64,000 bases of DNA from a bacterium (GTDB lineage Bacteria; Hinthialibacterota; Hinthialibacteria; Hinthialibacterales; Hinthialibacteraceae): the NCBI GenBank assembly GCA_963663405.2, contig CAXXSM010000053.1:1-64000 (forward strand), given 5' to 3'. Each line of letters opens with the position of its first letter. The stretch's first letter is position 1. Positions 21,321 through 30,966 of the stretch are shown in pieces. Both the position numbers and the translations under genes were made by a program. The notes beneath the pieces were generated by a model, which searched no databases, was not told the origin of the DNA, and was given only the letters and a program-made list of their open reading frames with translations.

Positions 21321-23888
21321 TTAATTTGTCACGTTGATTTCTAGAGTCTTCTCATTTTTTGAAGGCAGCGATTGGACGCCTTTTTTTATGGTTTCTTTTC
21401 CCTCTTTGTCTATGATTTTTATTGTATATTTTCCTTCTTGAAAGACTTTTGGCGTAAAGGTTGAACCTTGAATTCGAAGGGTGTAAACGATTTCTTGATT
21501 CGCTTCGTGGATAATTTGTACGACGGGATCTTTTTCCCCCGTGATTTGGAGGGTTGGCAGCCAGGCTTTGGCTTCCCGTCCATAGTTCTCATACATGGAG
21601 ACGGTTTTTGGCCATCCATCAAATTGATCTTCCGGTTGAGGGGCATTCGCGTCAAAATCCAGTTTCCAGCACTCAAATGTGATTTCCCGGCTGTCTTTGT
21701 GGAAGCGGATAATCCCGTAACCGGATGATTTATCATGGAGTGTACAGATGCGGTTGTCTTGGCATAACTCTTCTTTGGGATTTCCAATCGCGTAGACACT
21801 GATTAGATTGTGGAGTCCATCTTGATAATCTCCCGTATTAGGAAAGTTGTGCGCGGGGCGGTTGAGGATTGGAAAGCCTAACTTATCCGGCCACCATGCG
21901 CGTTGATATCCCACGGATATCGCCGGAACACAGAAGGACCAACAGGCGTCCCGGTAATCATCGATCCCATGCTGCAGCAGAGAAGGCACATGTTGATCCC
22001 CCGCTATATGAACCGCAAAGGCTTTGCGGATCGCATCAATCGCTTTATTCCGTCCGGACTGCGGCCATCCATTCGTGTCCAAATCGGCGATTAAGCGCAT
22101 TTCCAATCCATCGCCGTGGTGCGTGGCGACGTTGCAGAAGATCGTCTCGCTTAAGACGCATTTCATCGTGGCGTCAGTCCAATCCTGACCCCATGCGTCG
22201 AGGAATTTCAATTGCCGCTCTCCCAGCATAACCAAACCGGGTTGATCGAGGGCTTCAATGTCGATGGAAGGATCTTTGATGTGGTCCGGGCGGCCGGGCC
22301 ACGAAGTGACTGTGAATTTCGGGCCTGATTTAAACATGCGGTCGCCTACAATCGCGAAACTGATTTGGCCGTAAACCATATCGCCATAGTAGACGCTGAT
22401 ATTTTGCTTGATAGGGGTGGGATCGTAGAGATCAGGGTGATGCGCGGTGTTGGTCCGGTGCACGACATTCACCATTGGAGCAGGTTGGGCGTAACCGCCG
22501 CCGTCGTGATCCGCCATGGGAACGGCGTTGCCCCCGTTCCCCCACAGGTTTCCTTGGAACACATCATGATCGTCCGGCAGGCAAAGCGTTGGGCGATCTC
22601 GCATGATTTCACGGAATGACCAGCCGAAGAGATAAAATTTCCGCAGGTAATTCAGGATGGATCGATCCGCCGGCGTACGGATGATCCCATAGCCACCGAC
22701 GCTTTCATAGATTTGATCGCCTGCAAAGAAGAGAAGATCGGGATCCTGCACAGCCACGTTTCGAACAAGGCGCTGGTGAGGAAATCCGTAATCGGTTTGG
22801 CAGCAGAGCGTGGCCAAGACAAGATCCTTTTTCTCGTTGGGATTTTTCCGAATTGTTCCTTCCCAATGAGAGTCAACCGCTTTGCCTTCCGCTTCTTTCA
22901 GTGTATATACCAGCCGGTAGGGAACATCATATGTATCGTTCCAATCTTCGATTCGGAATGTGGCGGTCCGGGCGTCTGGATCGATGGTTTCTTCTCCAAT
23001 CGTGATCCATTTGTTTACTGGATTTTTTATTTCTAAACGTACGGTTTGGTAGTCTTCTTCTGCGATTGGCGGTAGAAACGCGGTCATTTTCATGACATTC
23101 CGGCTTAAGGAATACATGGACCAGAGAATGGGGCCGAATGTGCGATCATTGTGTGTTTCAATCTTATCACCATCAACAATCAAATGATTAAACCAAAATC
23201 GCGGTCCTTTTACATTCTTGTTTCGATATACATTTGTGTACTTCGCCCCGTCCAACCAATAGTTATTGACGAGAGCGATATTTCCTACGGCTTGATCTGA
23301 AAAAATTTTTTCATGAACGATTGAGCCGATTTTTTGTTGCGATTTTTTGTCAATCACATGCAGTGTGATTTCGCAGCGATCGCCGTTTGTTTTGCCCGCT
23401 ATTTTCAGTTCAATGTCTTCCAGAGAGGGTTTCGATTCGAGTTTGGTCACTTCGTTTTGGATATAGAGCCGTCCATCTGTCGTGATGCCCGCGTCGATTC
23501 CTTTGCCATGAAACAGGCGGGAGCGGGGATCTTCCATTTCATCTTGAATGCCGATACGAAATCCCACGGAGCCTTCTTTCACTCCCGCTTCAAGTAGTCC
23601 GGCTTGTACACGGATTTCAAACGAGCCAGGCCTATTTTTCAATTCTTGGGTTAAAAGATGAATGTTGCGGTTCGAGTAAGGGGATAAGCATTCGATGCGT
23701 CCTTGATTTAATTGCCAGTCTTCCATGGGATTGGCCCAATATTCAGGCCCGATCCAGTATCGTTGAATATCTATAGGAAATTGACTATGCAAAGACGCGC
23801 TGTCTGATGATATAGGCCATCCAACAATGATACCAGCGATGATGAAACCGAAAAATGGAATATTCCGTATCGCCTCTCTTCGAAACAT
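21321..23888 (-). CDS. PhoD-like (alkaline phosphatase D family) metallophosphoesterase
   Basis: PDLLFFAGDQIYE, LPDDHDVFQGN, MLGERQLKFL, HIAGDQH; N-terminal signal. Confidence 0.8.
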   Translation of the reverse strand: MFRREAIRNIPFFGFIIAGIIVGWPISSDSASLHSQFPIDIQRYWIGPEYWANPMEDWQLNQGRIECLSPYSNRNIHLLTQELKNRPGSFEIRVQAGLLEAGVKEGSVGFRIGIQDEMEDPRSRLFHGKGIDAGITTDGRLYIQNEVTKLESKPSLEDIELKIAGKTNGDRCEITLHVIDKKSQQKIGSIVHEKIFSDQAVGNIALVNNYWLDGAKYTNVYRNKNVKGPRFWFNHLIVDGDKIETHNDRTFGPILWSMYSLSRNVMKMTAFLPPIAEEDYQTVRLEIKNPVNKWITIGEETIDPDARTATFRIEDWNDTYDVPYRLVYTLKEAEGKAVDSHWEGTIRKNPNEKKDLVLATLCCQTDYGFPHQRLVRNVAVQDPDLLFFAGDQIYESVGGYGIIRTPADRSILNYLRKFYLFGWSFREIMRDRPTLCLPDDHDVFQGNLWGNGGNAVPMADHDGGGYAQPAPMVNVVHRTNTAHHPDLYDPTPIKQNISVYYGDMVYGQISFAIVGDRMFKSGPKFTVTSWPGRPDHIKDPSIDIEALDQPGLVMLGERQLKFLDAWGQDWTDATMKCVLSETIFCNVATHHGDGLEMRLIADLDTNGWPQSGRNKAIDAIRKAFAVHIAGDQHVPSLLQHGIDDYRDACWSFCVPAISVGYQRAWWPDKLGFPILNRPAHNFPNTGDYQDGLHNLISVYAIGNPKEELCQDNRICTLHDKSSGYGIIRFHKDSREITFECWKLDFDANAPQPEDQFDGWPKTVSMYENYGREAKAWLPTLQITGEKDPVVQIIHEANQEIVYTLRIQGSTFTPKVFQEGKYTIKIIDKEGKETIKKGVQSLPSKNEKTLEINVTN

Positions 23889-24067
23889 CTGTTTTCTCCT
23901 TCCAGCATGATGCAGGTCACAATAATGTATCGGAGATAAGCGGCGCTTTCAATGGCCGCTTTGAATCCTTGTTTTTTCGATGTTTAGAGAGAGTTGTTTA
24001 CCGCGTGTTGGATAAGAGAAACGCAGATTGTAAATAGGTTTATCCGATTCAGACGATAAATACTGTT

Positions 24068-26147
24068 TTAGAAAAGTCTCGGCAGGTATTCGGGTTTATC
24101 TTCGTATGGTTTGATTGATCCATCTGCTAAATTGTAAAGCCGTTCGTGCGTGGTCCGGGCGGCTTGGGTCATCTCTGGATAGGGACGGTTGCAGATGTCG
24201 AGGAATCCGATGTTATAGTTCTCGCCGTCAAAACGCCCCATCGCCGATTGATCGTACTGGGTGAAAATAATGGACGCCTACGCAATTCGGATTCGCGGCG
24301 GCGTCTTCGACGTAATACCGATAAGCCCGGCCACGGTCTTTCTGGGTGTGAACGTGTACCAATCCTGGGGATGGCAGACCCACATCCAGCGCGCCGAAGT
24401 GGAATTCACCAATCATAACCGGAAAGGTTTAACAGACGATTCACTTCCTCACACGTCTCCCTAGGGAACGCGGTCACGGTAACAATTCATGCTAAACACA
24501 TCAAAACTCTTCATGCCGGGGACGGTCCATTTGGGTGGAATGCCCTGGTAGCGTATGCCTAGGTTGAGGTGATGGGGATCGACCGCTTTGCAGGCGCCGC
24601 TGAGCGTTTTGAAGAAGCGTTCCACCATGATTTCGCTGAAATCATATAGATCCTTTTTTGCTTCTTGAGTCAGCCGGGTTTTCCAGGGACCTTCGGCGAT
24701 CTGTTCAAAGGTAGTTTCGATCTTCCAGGCTTTCGATAACGCTGCGTTATCTGGATACCGTTTGGCAAGAAACGCGGCCAGTTGTTTGCGCGATTCGCAC
24801 TCTGGTGTGTTGAACAACATCCCTGCGGCGGGGGATTCGCTGGAGAAGCCCCATGTCGGTTCATTCATAAGGAAATAGCCGATCATGGCGGGATCGTCAA
24901 GCGTATTTTTTAATTGCTCGCCATATTCTTTGGCGTCTCGTTCAAAGTTTGGATGATAAACATCGGGAAAATCGCGGTAAATTTTGGGTGTGGAATTCAA
25001 CTGGGTGGAGAGAGGGCGGACGTAGGGGAATTTCGCCTCCCGCGCGATTTCCCATTCCGACCAGTTGGCGACGGTGTTGAAGCCGATCTCTTTAAGGATG
25101 GACAAGCTTATTTTCGCCCAATTAGAATACCAATTCTCCAAGCCGAATGCGCGTATGAAGTTTGCCGCCAGATAATTTATATATGTTACATTGCCTCTTC
25201 GAGAAACTGTACTTTTATATTTCTGATCCCGATCCGGAATCCACGTCAGAGCCGATTCCAGTCCACTCGTAAAAGCGCTGACACTGGATCGGACGCAATC
25301 CAATCCCGCCGACCAGTAGAGATAGCCATCCGGATCGATCAGCCACCAGCGTTTGCCATCATGATGGGTTTGGAAAAATCCTGTGGCTTCTACTTTACGT
25401 TCTTTCCAACCACCCCACTTAGAGAAATGAGAAGGCCATTGTTTGTCATCAGCGGTGGCCAGTTGATCTTTCAGTCGCTTGACCAAGTTCTCCACGTGTT
25501 TTTGTTTTCCCCGGCCACTGATGAATTGTACTCTGTCCCATCTCGTCGAGTAGTTTTCCTTTTGGGAGAAGTGGTTTCTCCAGCAGCGGCGGTTCCTCGT
25601 TAACCATTGTGAATGGGGTTTGACACCAACGGGCGGGTTGACTGCTCTTGTGGAGAATCACGATGGTCATGCGGTCCACATTTTCCAGATCAACACGATC
25701 ACCGCCACAACGGGGTTTCAGCCATGCGCCTTCCCGCTCTAATCCCCAGCGGTTCTGATCGGTGGCTTGAAGTGGAAAGCGGATGCGGGCCTGCGCCTGG
25801 TTGAGACCTTTATATTTCAAAGTGAACCGGGGGCCGTTTTCACCTTCTTGCAAACGAAGATGAAAACAGACCAGATGAGTTCCATCCGTCAAAATATCTG
25901 AAACTAAATACTTAACCTTGGCCAATGCGCCTTTTGGGAAGGTATACAGCAGCCCATCACCAACCTTTTGTGCGGTATACCAGACCGCGCCATCAATCGG
26001 AGCGGCTGTCTGTTCGGCTTTAAGTTCACCGAGTAACGAAGCGGGTTGTAGGATATTCCCTTTTTCAGATGCGAACACGCCTGGTGTTATGGTTAAGGCG
26101 GCTCCTGATAGGGCGCTATATTCTATGAATTCACGGCGTTTCATCAT
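24068..26147 (-). pseudogene. Tat-exported GH50 (beta-agarase-like) glycoside hydrolase split by four +1 frameshifts (probably artefacts)
   Basis: MMKRREFI Tat signal; TGFF...RWWLIDPDGY, GFNTVANWS, GYFLMNEP, VDPHHLNLGIRY, MIGEFHFGA, reconstructed GRFDGENYNIGFLDICNRPY. Extra bases at 25499-25503, 24464-24466, 24423-24425 and 24264-24267; stop at 24068. Confidence 0.75.
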
Positions 26148-26374
26148 ATCATTGTCCTTTTGTTTTGATTGCATGATTGATTTGAAGACCATTATAAACG
26201 TGTACCTTTACGCTGTCATGTCTTAATATGGGAAGACATTCTGTTAATTATTGATGCGATCGGATTTGAATAATCTTAGGGGAGAAAAAGTTGAATCTTT
26301 TTCAATCTACAATCATACTATTTTTAGTAGAATTCAATGATACAGACAATTTTCCAATAATGGGAGAATCGATT

Positions 26375-28087
26375 ATGTTTAGAAAAGTGATACAGCCGTA
26401 TTGGTTTAAGCGCCTGTCCGTTCTCATTCTTGTTCCAGTCTTTGCGATATGTACAAATGCCCAGTCGATTGGTGATTTTATGAATCACGGCAGTGTGGGA
26501 GATGATGGGTGGCTTGGAGACGCGTACTTTTCTGATGGGACGTATGAAATTCTCGGATCGGGAAGTGATATCGGTGGAACCGCTGATGGGATGTATTGGG
26601 TTTATAGTGAATTAAGTGGGAACTTTATCATCACGGCGGATATGGAATGGGGAGATCAAGATATTCCCGGTGGTGGCCCCAATGCGGGCGCAGGGAATAA
26701 AAAAATGGGATTCGTGGTTCGTGAAGATCCAGAAGCGCCAGGCGCGCGAAATGTATCGGCCGTTCTTATGAACGCGTTGAATGCGAATATGAGATGGCGA
26801 TTTGAACTGGATGGTAACACCCAGGAATTCAGCCAGCAGCCCAAAGCGGCGGGGGAGATCGATACGCTTCGAATCTTTCGTGATGAGAATACATTTATCA
26901 TGTTCCGGGGGACGACGGATAATGGATTTAAGCGATTCGGGGAAGTTACGATTCCTGATATGCCGGAAACCGTCTATGTTGGAATGGCGGTTTCCGCCTA
27001 TGATGTGTCAGCCCTGGAACGCGCGTATTTTAGTAATGTTTCCTTGCTGCCTTTGGCTGTTACCGTGCGGGGGAATCGCTCTCTCTCAAAAGAACTGGCC
27101 AATCCAAATGAGACGGTTCAAGTTGACGTAACGTTCAACATCGAAGGAGAAGAGCCTGTTGATGTGACTGTTTATGAAATTCCTCCGGTCGGGATCGCGA
27201 TTGATAATATCACGGTAACCGATGGAGAATGGACGCAAGACAATGGCGCTATCGTCTGGACGATTCCAAACGCGTCTGGAACGCCAATTCTTTCGTATAC
27301 AATCACCGCGCCGGGTTATGCGGGTTCTGTCACATTTCAAGGCAGTTTTGATGTTGGGGGCCTCTATTCCATGAATGTGGAAGGGACGGGAAGCCTTGGA
27401 ATCGAAGCGCCGGCCGCTGGAGAAGAAAAAATTGTGTACATGTTACGCGATGTCGGTGTGAATTCGACTTCCGATCAATTGATCATACTCGATTTGCAGG
27501 TTTATTTCGGCGCTGAAGTGAAAGATTTTGATCATAATAATTTAGCTGGTTATGAAATGCCGGATGATTTGAGTGAAGCCGATCTGGTGTTTTCGAGTGA
27601 GACGGTTCAATCATCAAATATAGCGAATCAAGGGTATCATACAATGTCTGAAGTCCCGATGATAACAGGGGAACAGGCCTTGCATGATGAATACTCGTTT
27701 GGAGGCGATGGGGAAGGAACAACGAGCGGCACGGCGCTGGAAATCGTCGATAATGAACATCCTATCACACAAGGTTTTCCATTAGGTGAGTTGCAAATTC
27801 TTGATACGCCGCAGGATTTGGCTCGTATGACCGTCATCCCTGATGGGGTGCGTGTTCTCGCGACAGTCGCGGGAAATCCAGACCAAGCCGCCTTGTGGAT
27901 TGTTGAAAAAGGAGTTTCTGTAAATGGAACTGTCGCTCCAGGAATCCGAATCGGAACCTGGATGCAGGGACGTGATATTTATGCGACCATGAATGAGCAA
28001 GGCAAACAGTTAATGTTAAATGTGTTCGCCTATGCGCTGGGGATGGATGCGCCGCAAACAGCTGTCGCGGACTATATGCTTCATTGA
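26375..28087 (+). CDS. Secreted multidomain protein (ConA-like beta-sandwich, Ig-like, GATase-like domains) ending in VADYMLH
   Basis: GGAG RBS before ATG 26375; signal peptide; GSGSDIGGTADG...KMGFVVRE...VYVGMAVSA; HPITQGF...VRVLA. Confidence 0.7.
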   Translation: MFRKVIQPYWFKRLSVLILVPVFAICTNAQSIGDFMNHGSVGDDGWLGDAYFSDGTYEILGSGSDIGGTADGMYWVYSELSGNFIITADMEWGDQDIPGGGPNAGAGNKKMGFVVREDPEAPGARNVSAVLMNALNANMRWRFELDGNTQEFSQQPKAAGEIDTLRIFRDENTFIMFRGTTDNGFKRFGEVTIPDMPETVYVGMAVSAYDVSALERAYFSNVSLLPLAVTVRGNRSLSKELANPNETVQVDVTFNIEGEEPVDVTVYEIPPVGIAIDNITVTDGEWTQDNGAIVWTIPNASGTPILSYTITAPGYAGSVTFQGSFDVGGLYSMNVEGTGSLGIEAPAAGEEKIVYMLRDVGVNSTSDQLIILDLQVYFGAEVKDFDHNNLAGYEMPDDLSEADLVFSSETVQSSNIANQGYHTMSEVPMITGEQALHDEYSFGGDGEGTTSGTALEIVDNEHPITQGFPLGELQILDTPQDLARMTVIPDGVRVLATVAGNPDQAALWIVEKGVSVNGTVAPGIRIGTWMQGRDIYATMNEQGKQLMLNVFAYALGMDAPQTAVADYMLH

Positions 28088-28148
28088 TCGATGAAGAGTT
28101 GGTGATGAAGAAGGTCTTTTAGAACGGATTTCTTCTTTGCAGTATGGA

Positions 28149-29771
28149 TTATTTAGAATTTCGATCTAAATAGCAGTTGGCTGTTTGGAAGAATTCGTTT
28201 TGCTGCGTGGAGGGGGCGAATTTAAACGGTGTTATCGCTTGGCTGCAGTCGTTGCCGATCGCGATGATTTTTTTGATCTCGCCCTGCATATAGAGGAATG
28301 TCTCTGTATTGGGCGCAGCGGAGCATTCCTGAATTTGAACGTTCTGCGTGTCGTTCAATACAATTACCGGTGATTTTCCTTCGCTGGGGAATCCCCGGTA
28401 GCCCCTTAGATTCAGATTTTGCACATCGTCGAAGATAAACGCAGGACGTTCGTCATTGCTTGCCAAGCCAAATTCAATACGGTCCAAGGTGAGTCCACGG
28501 ATGTGACGGCAGAAAAAACCATACGCGGGAAGCACGCCGAACATGACGGATTCCGGATACTTTTCCGGTAATTCCTCCACGGCTCTCGTTGCGTCTTCCG
28601 CCGCGCCGCCTCCATCATAAATAATTCGAATATTGCTGAGAGAGACTCCTTCGATGGGATAACCGGGAAGTCCCGTGATCGAGCAGCCCACCTTTGAGGC
28701 GTGGGTCGCAATAATATTACTGATTGTGACATTTTGCAAACGCCCGATTTTCGGCTTTGACATATCGGCTTTGAAGGGACGCGCGCGGTTTCCCAGGCGT
28801 ATGAAAATGGGCGCTGTCACACCGTCAATCGCGATATTTGTAATGGTGACGCGGTCCATGATTCCGCCATCGACAATTTCCAAAGCGATACCCGCCAATC
28901 CCCGGTCTTGTCCGTAAATGGCTTTTGAATCTTGCGGGGCTTCAATCGCGCAGTTGGAAATGGTGATATTTTGAAATCCGCCGTTAGATTCCGTGCCCAT
29001 CTTGAGCGCGTTGCAGTGACTGGTTAATACACAGTTCTGAATCGTCACATTTTTACAAGGCCATTGCGTCGTGCTTTTTAGACAGAGCGCGTCATCATCG
29101 GAGACAATCGAGCAATCCGATATTTTCACATCGCGGCAGCTGTCGATATCAATTCCATCGTTGTTATAGTTTTGTAGATTCTCCACTGTGATCCCGCGTA
29201 TGGTTAGATTCTCGCAGACTAAATAATGCTGCATCCACATTGCGGAATTCTTCATTGTGACACCTTCGATCAGGATGTTTTTGCAATTGACCAGGCGGAT
29301 AATATAGGGCCGGTTTAGATACTCTTTCCACTTGAAGGCGGATCCCTGCCCATCGATCAGCCCTCGTCCGGTGATGGCGATATCGTGGAGGCCTTCCCCG
29401 GCGATGAGGCTTTGTTTCACGTAATTGTCTGTATAGGAACGAATCGCAGGGATTCTGTCAGGGTAATCGTTCAATTCCTGGCTGCCGAGGATGACCGCGC
29501 CGGAATCCAGGCGCAGCGTGACGAGGCTCTTCATTTCGATTGTGCCCGTCAGGTACCGCCCCGCAGGGAAATAGATGGTTCCCCCACCCGCCGCCGCGAT
29601 CGAATTGATCGCTTGTTGGATCGATTTCGTGTCCTTGGTTTTTCCATCCCCTTTCGCGCCGAAGGCTTTGACGGAGACTCCCGTTTCTACGGACGCGGCC
29701 GTTCCCAATTCAACCGCGATGAAAAGAAAAACTAGTACCGCTATCGAGATTGTGTAAACGTGTTTACGCAT
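28149..29771 (-). CDS. GH28 polygalacturonase-family glycoside hydrolase
   Basis: FGAKGDGKTKDTKSIQQAI, NNDGIDIDSC, DDALCLKS, ALKMGTES, LPAYGFFCRH. Confidence 0.9.
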   Translation of the reverse strand: MRKHVYTISIAVLVFLFIAVELGTAASVETGVSVKAFGAKGDGKTKDTKSIQQAINSIAAAGGGTIYFPAGRYLTGTIEMKSLVTLRLDSGAVILGSQELNDYPDRIPAIRSYTDNYVKQSLIAGEGLHDIAITGRGLIDGQGSAFKWKEYLNRPYIIRLVNCKNILIEGVTMKNSAMWMQHYLVCENLTIRGITVENLQNYNNDGIDIDSCRDVKISDCSIVSDDDALCLKSTTQWPCKNVTIQNCVLTSHCNALKMGTESNGGFQNITISNCAIEAPQDSKAIYGQDRGLAGIALEIVDGGIMDRVTITNIAIDGVTAPIFIRLGNRARPFKADMSKPKIGRLQNVTISNIIATHASKVGCSITGLPGYPIEGVSLSNIRIIYDGGGAAEDATRAVEELPEKYPESVMFGVLPAYGFFCRHIRGLTLDRIEFGLASNDERPAFIFDDVQNLNLRGYRGFPSEGKSPVIVLNDTQNVQIQECSAAPNTETFLYMQGEIKKIIAIGNDCSQAITPFKFAPSTQQNEFFQTANCYLDRNSK

Positions 29772-29888
29772 GAATCCTCTCCTTCTATACTATTCTATGT
29801 TGGCTTAGGCTGATCGGACGGATACGATGTATACCTTCCCGTTTCGCCAATCGTATTACGATCCATTTCCTCATAAGTTATAAGGTGA

Positions 29889-30926
29889 TTGTTTATGAAA
29901 ATGATTTTCTGTCATTGTATGGGATTCGCCCGGATTTGGGTAGGCGTGCTTTGTCTCGTTTGGGCCGTGGTGGCGTTCGCCGCTGCGAAGAAAGAAGTGT
30001 TTCTCTACGATCATGGGAAAAAGTTGTATGAGGATAACTGCAAGGGCTGTCATGGCGCCAACGGCGACAGCAGCGCATATCCTGGAATTACTCCTTTGCC
30101 GGGGATCACAATGCGTGTATCAACCCCCTATGAAATGAGTAAGATTTCGGCGCGGTTCATCAATAAAACGTTTGTGGGTGAAGACGCATCCGCTTTGTAT
30201 TCCTATATCGGCGCTCTGAAAGGTGAGAAAGGATTTGAGAATCCTGGATTTTTGATTTCTCCCTATTACTTGCATTTGCATTGCCAGGATGTGGATGGTT
30301 TCCGGATTATCGACGCGCGTTCTAAAGAGGATTACGAAGCGAATCATATACGCAACGCATTTTCTTGGGATTTCTCCAGCGCCGGGGAAGAAAATTCTGT
30401 TGAACAAGCGTTAAAACGGCTTGGTGTCAAACCGGATACATTCATCGTTGTCTATGACCAGTCCGGTGGTTTGGACGCCACGTCAATCTGGCGCCGGATT
30501 TTTCAATATGGGCACACGCGGATCGCGGCGCTTGACGGAGGATTTGACGCTTGGATGAAAGGGAACTATCCGGTCACGCAAACTTCTCCACTGGCGCTGC
30601 AATCGAGATATCCCAAACCGAATCCACCAAATCAGCCAGCGATTGAAATGGGCGAAATCAAAGATCTTTATTTAGGCGGTCAACCAGACTCTTCCACGGG
30701 CATTTGTTTTCAATGGCGGGAGACGATAGGTGATTCCGGTTTGAAACCGGCGGATGAAATACGGGCTTATTTTCAGAAGGAGGGAATTCAATCGCCTTCA
30801 GCCTACCGTGTTTGTGGATCGATGGAAGAACTTTCGTTTTTTGTTTATTTAAATTACCTGTTGGGAAATGAGCCGGTTGTGACAACAAAGGAACAAACAG
30901 TGGTTTGTCTGCGAGGAGATGGTTGA
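29889..30926 (+). CDS. Cytochrome c / rhodanese-like fusion protein
   Basis: Signal peptide; GKKLYEDNCKGCHG (CxxCH); IIDARSKEDYEANHIRNA...VVYDQSG...ALDGGFDAW. Confidence 0.75.
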   Translation: MFMKMIFCHCMGFARIWVGVLCLVWAVVAFAAAKKEVFLYDHGKKLYEDNCKGCHGANGDSSAYPGITPLPGITMRVSTPYEMSKISARFINKTFVGEDASALYSYIGALKGEKGFENPGFLISPYYLHLHCQDVDGFRIIDARSKEDYEANHIRNAFSWDFSSAGEENSVEQALKRLGVKPDTFIVVYDQSGGLDATSIWRRIFQYGHTRIAALDGGFDAWMKGNYPVTQTSPLALQSRYPKPNPPNQPAIEMGEIKDLYLGGQPDSSTGICFQWRETIGDSGLKPADEIRAYFQKEGIQSPSAYRVCGSMEELSFFVYLNYLLGNEPVVTTKEQTVVCLRGDG

Positions 30927-30966
30927 AAGAAATTTATTGACTGGTTTTGAAATAAAGCGCTCTTTA

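Noticed and set aside
9315-26147. Programmed ribosomal frameshifting to explain the split genes
   Set aside because: Breaks occur at varied short homopolymers, several per gene, with no shared slippery heptamer; sequencing error is more parsimonious.
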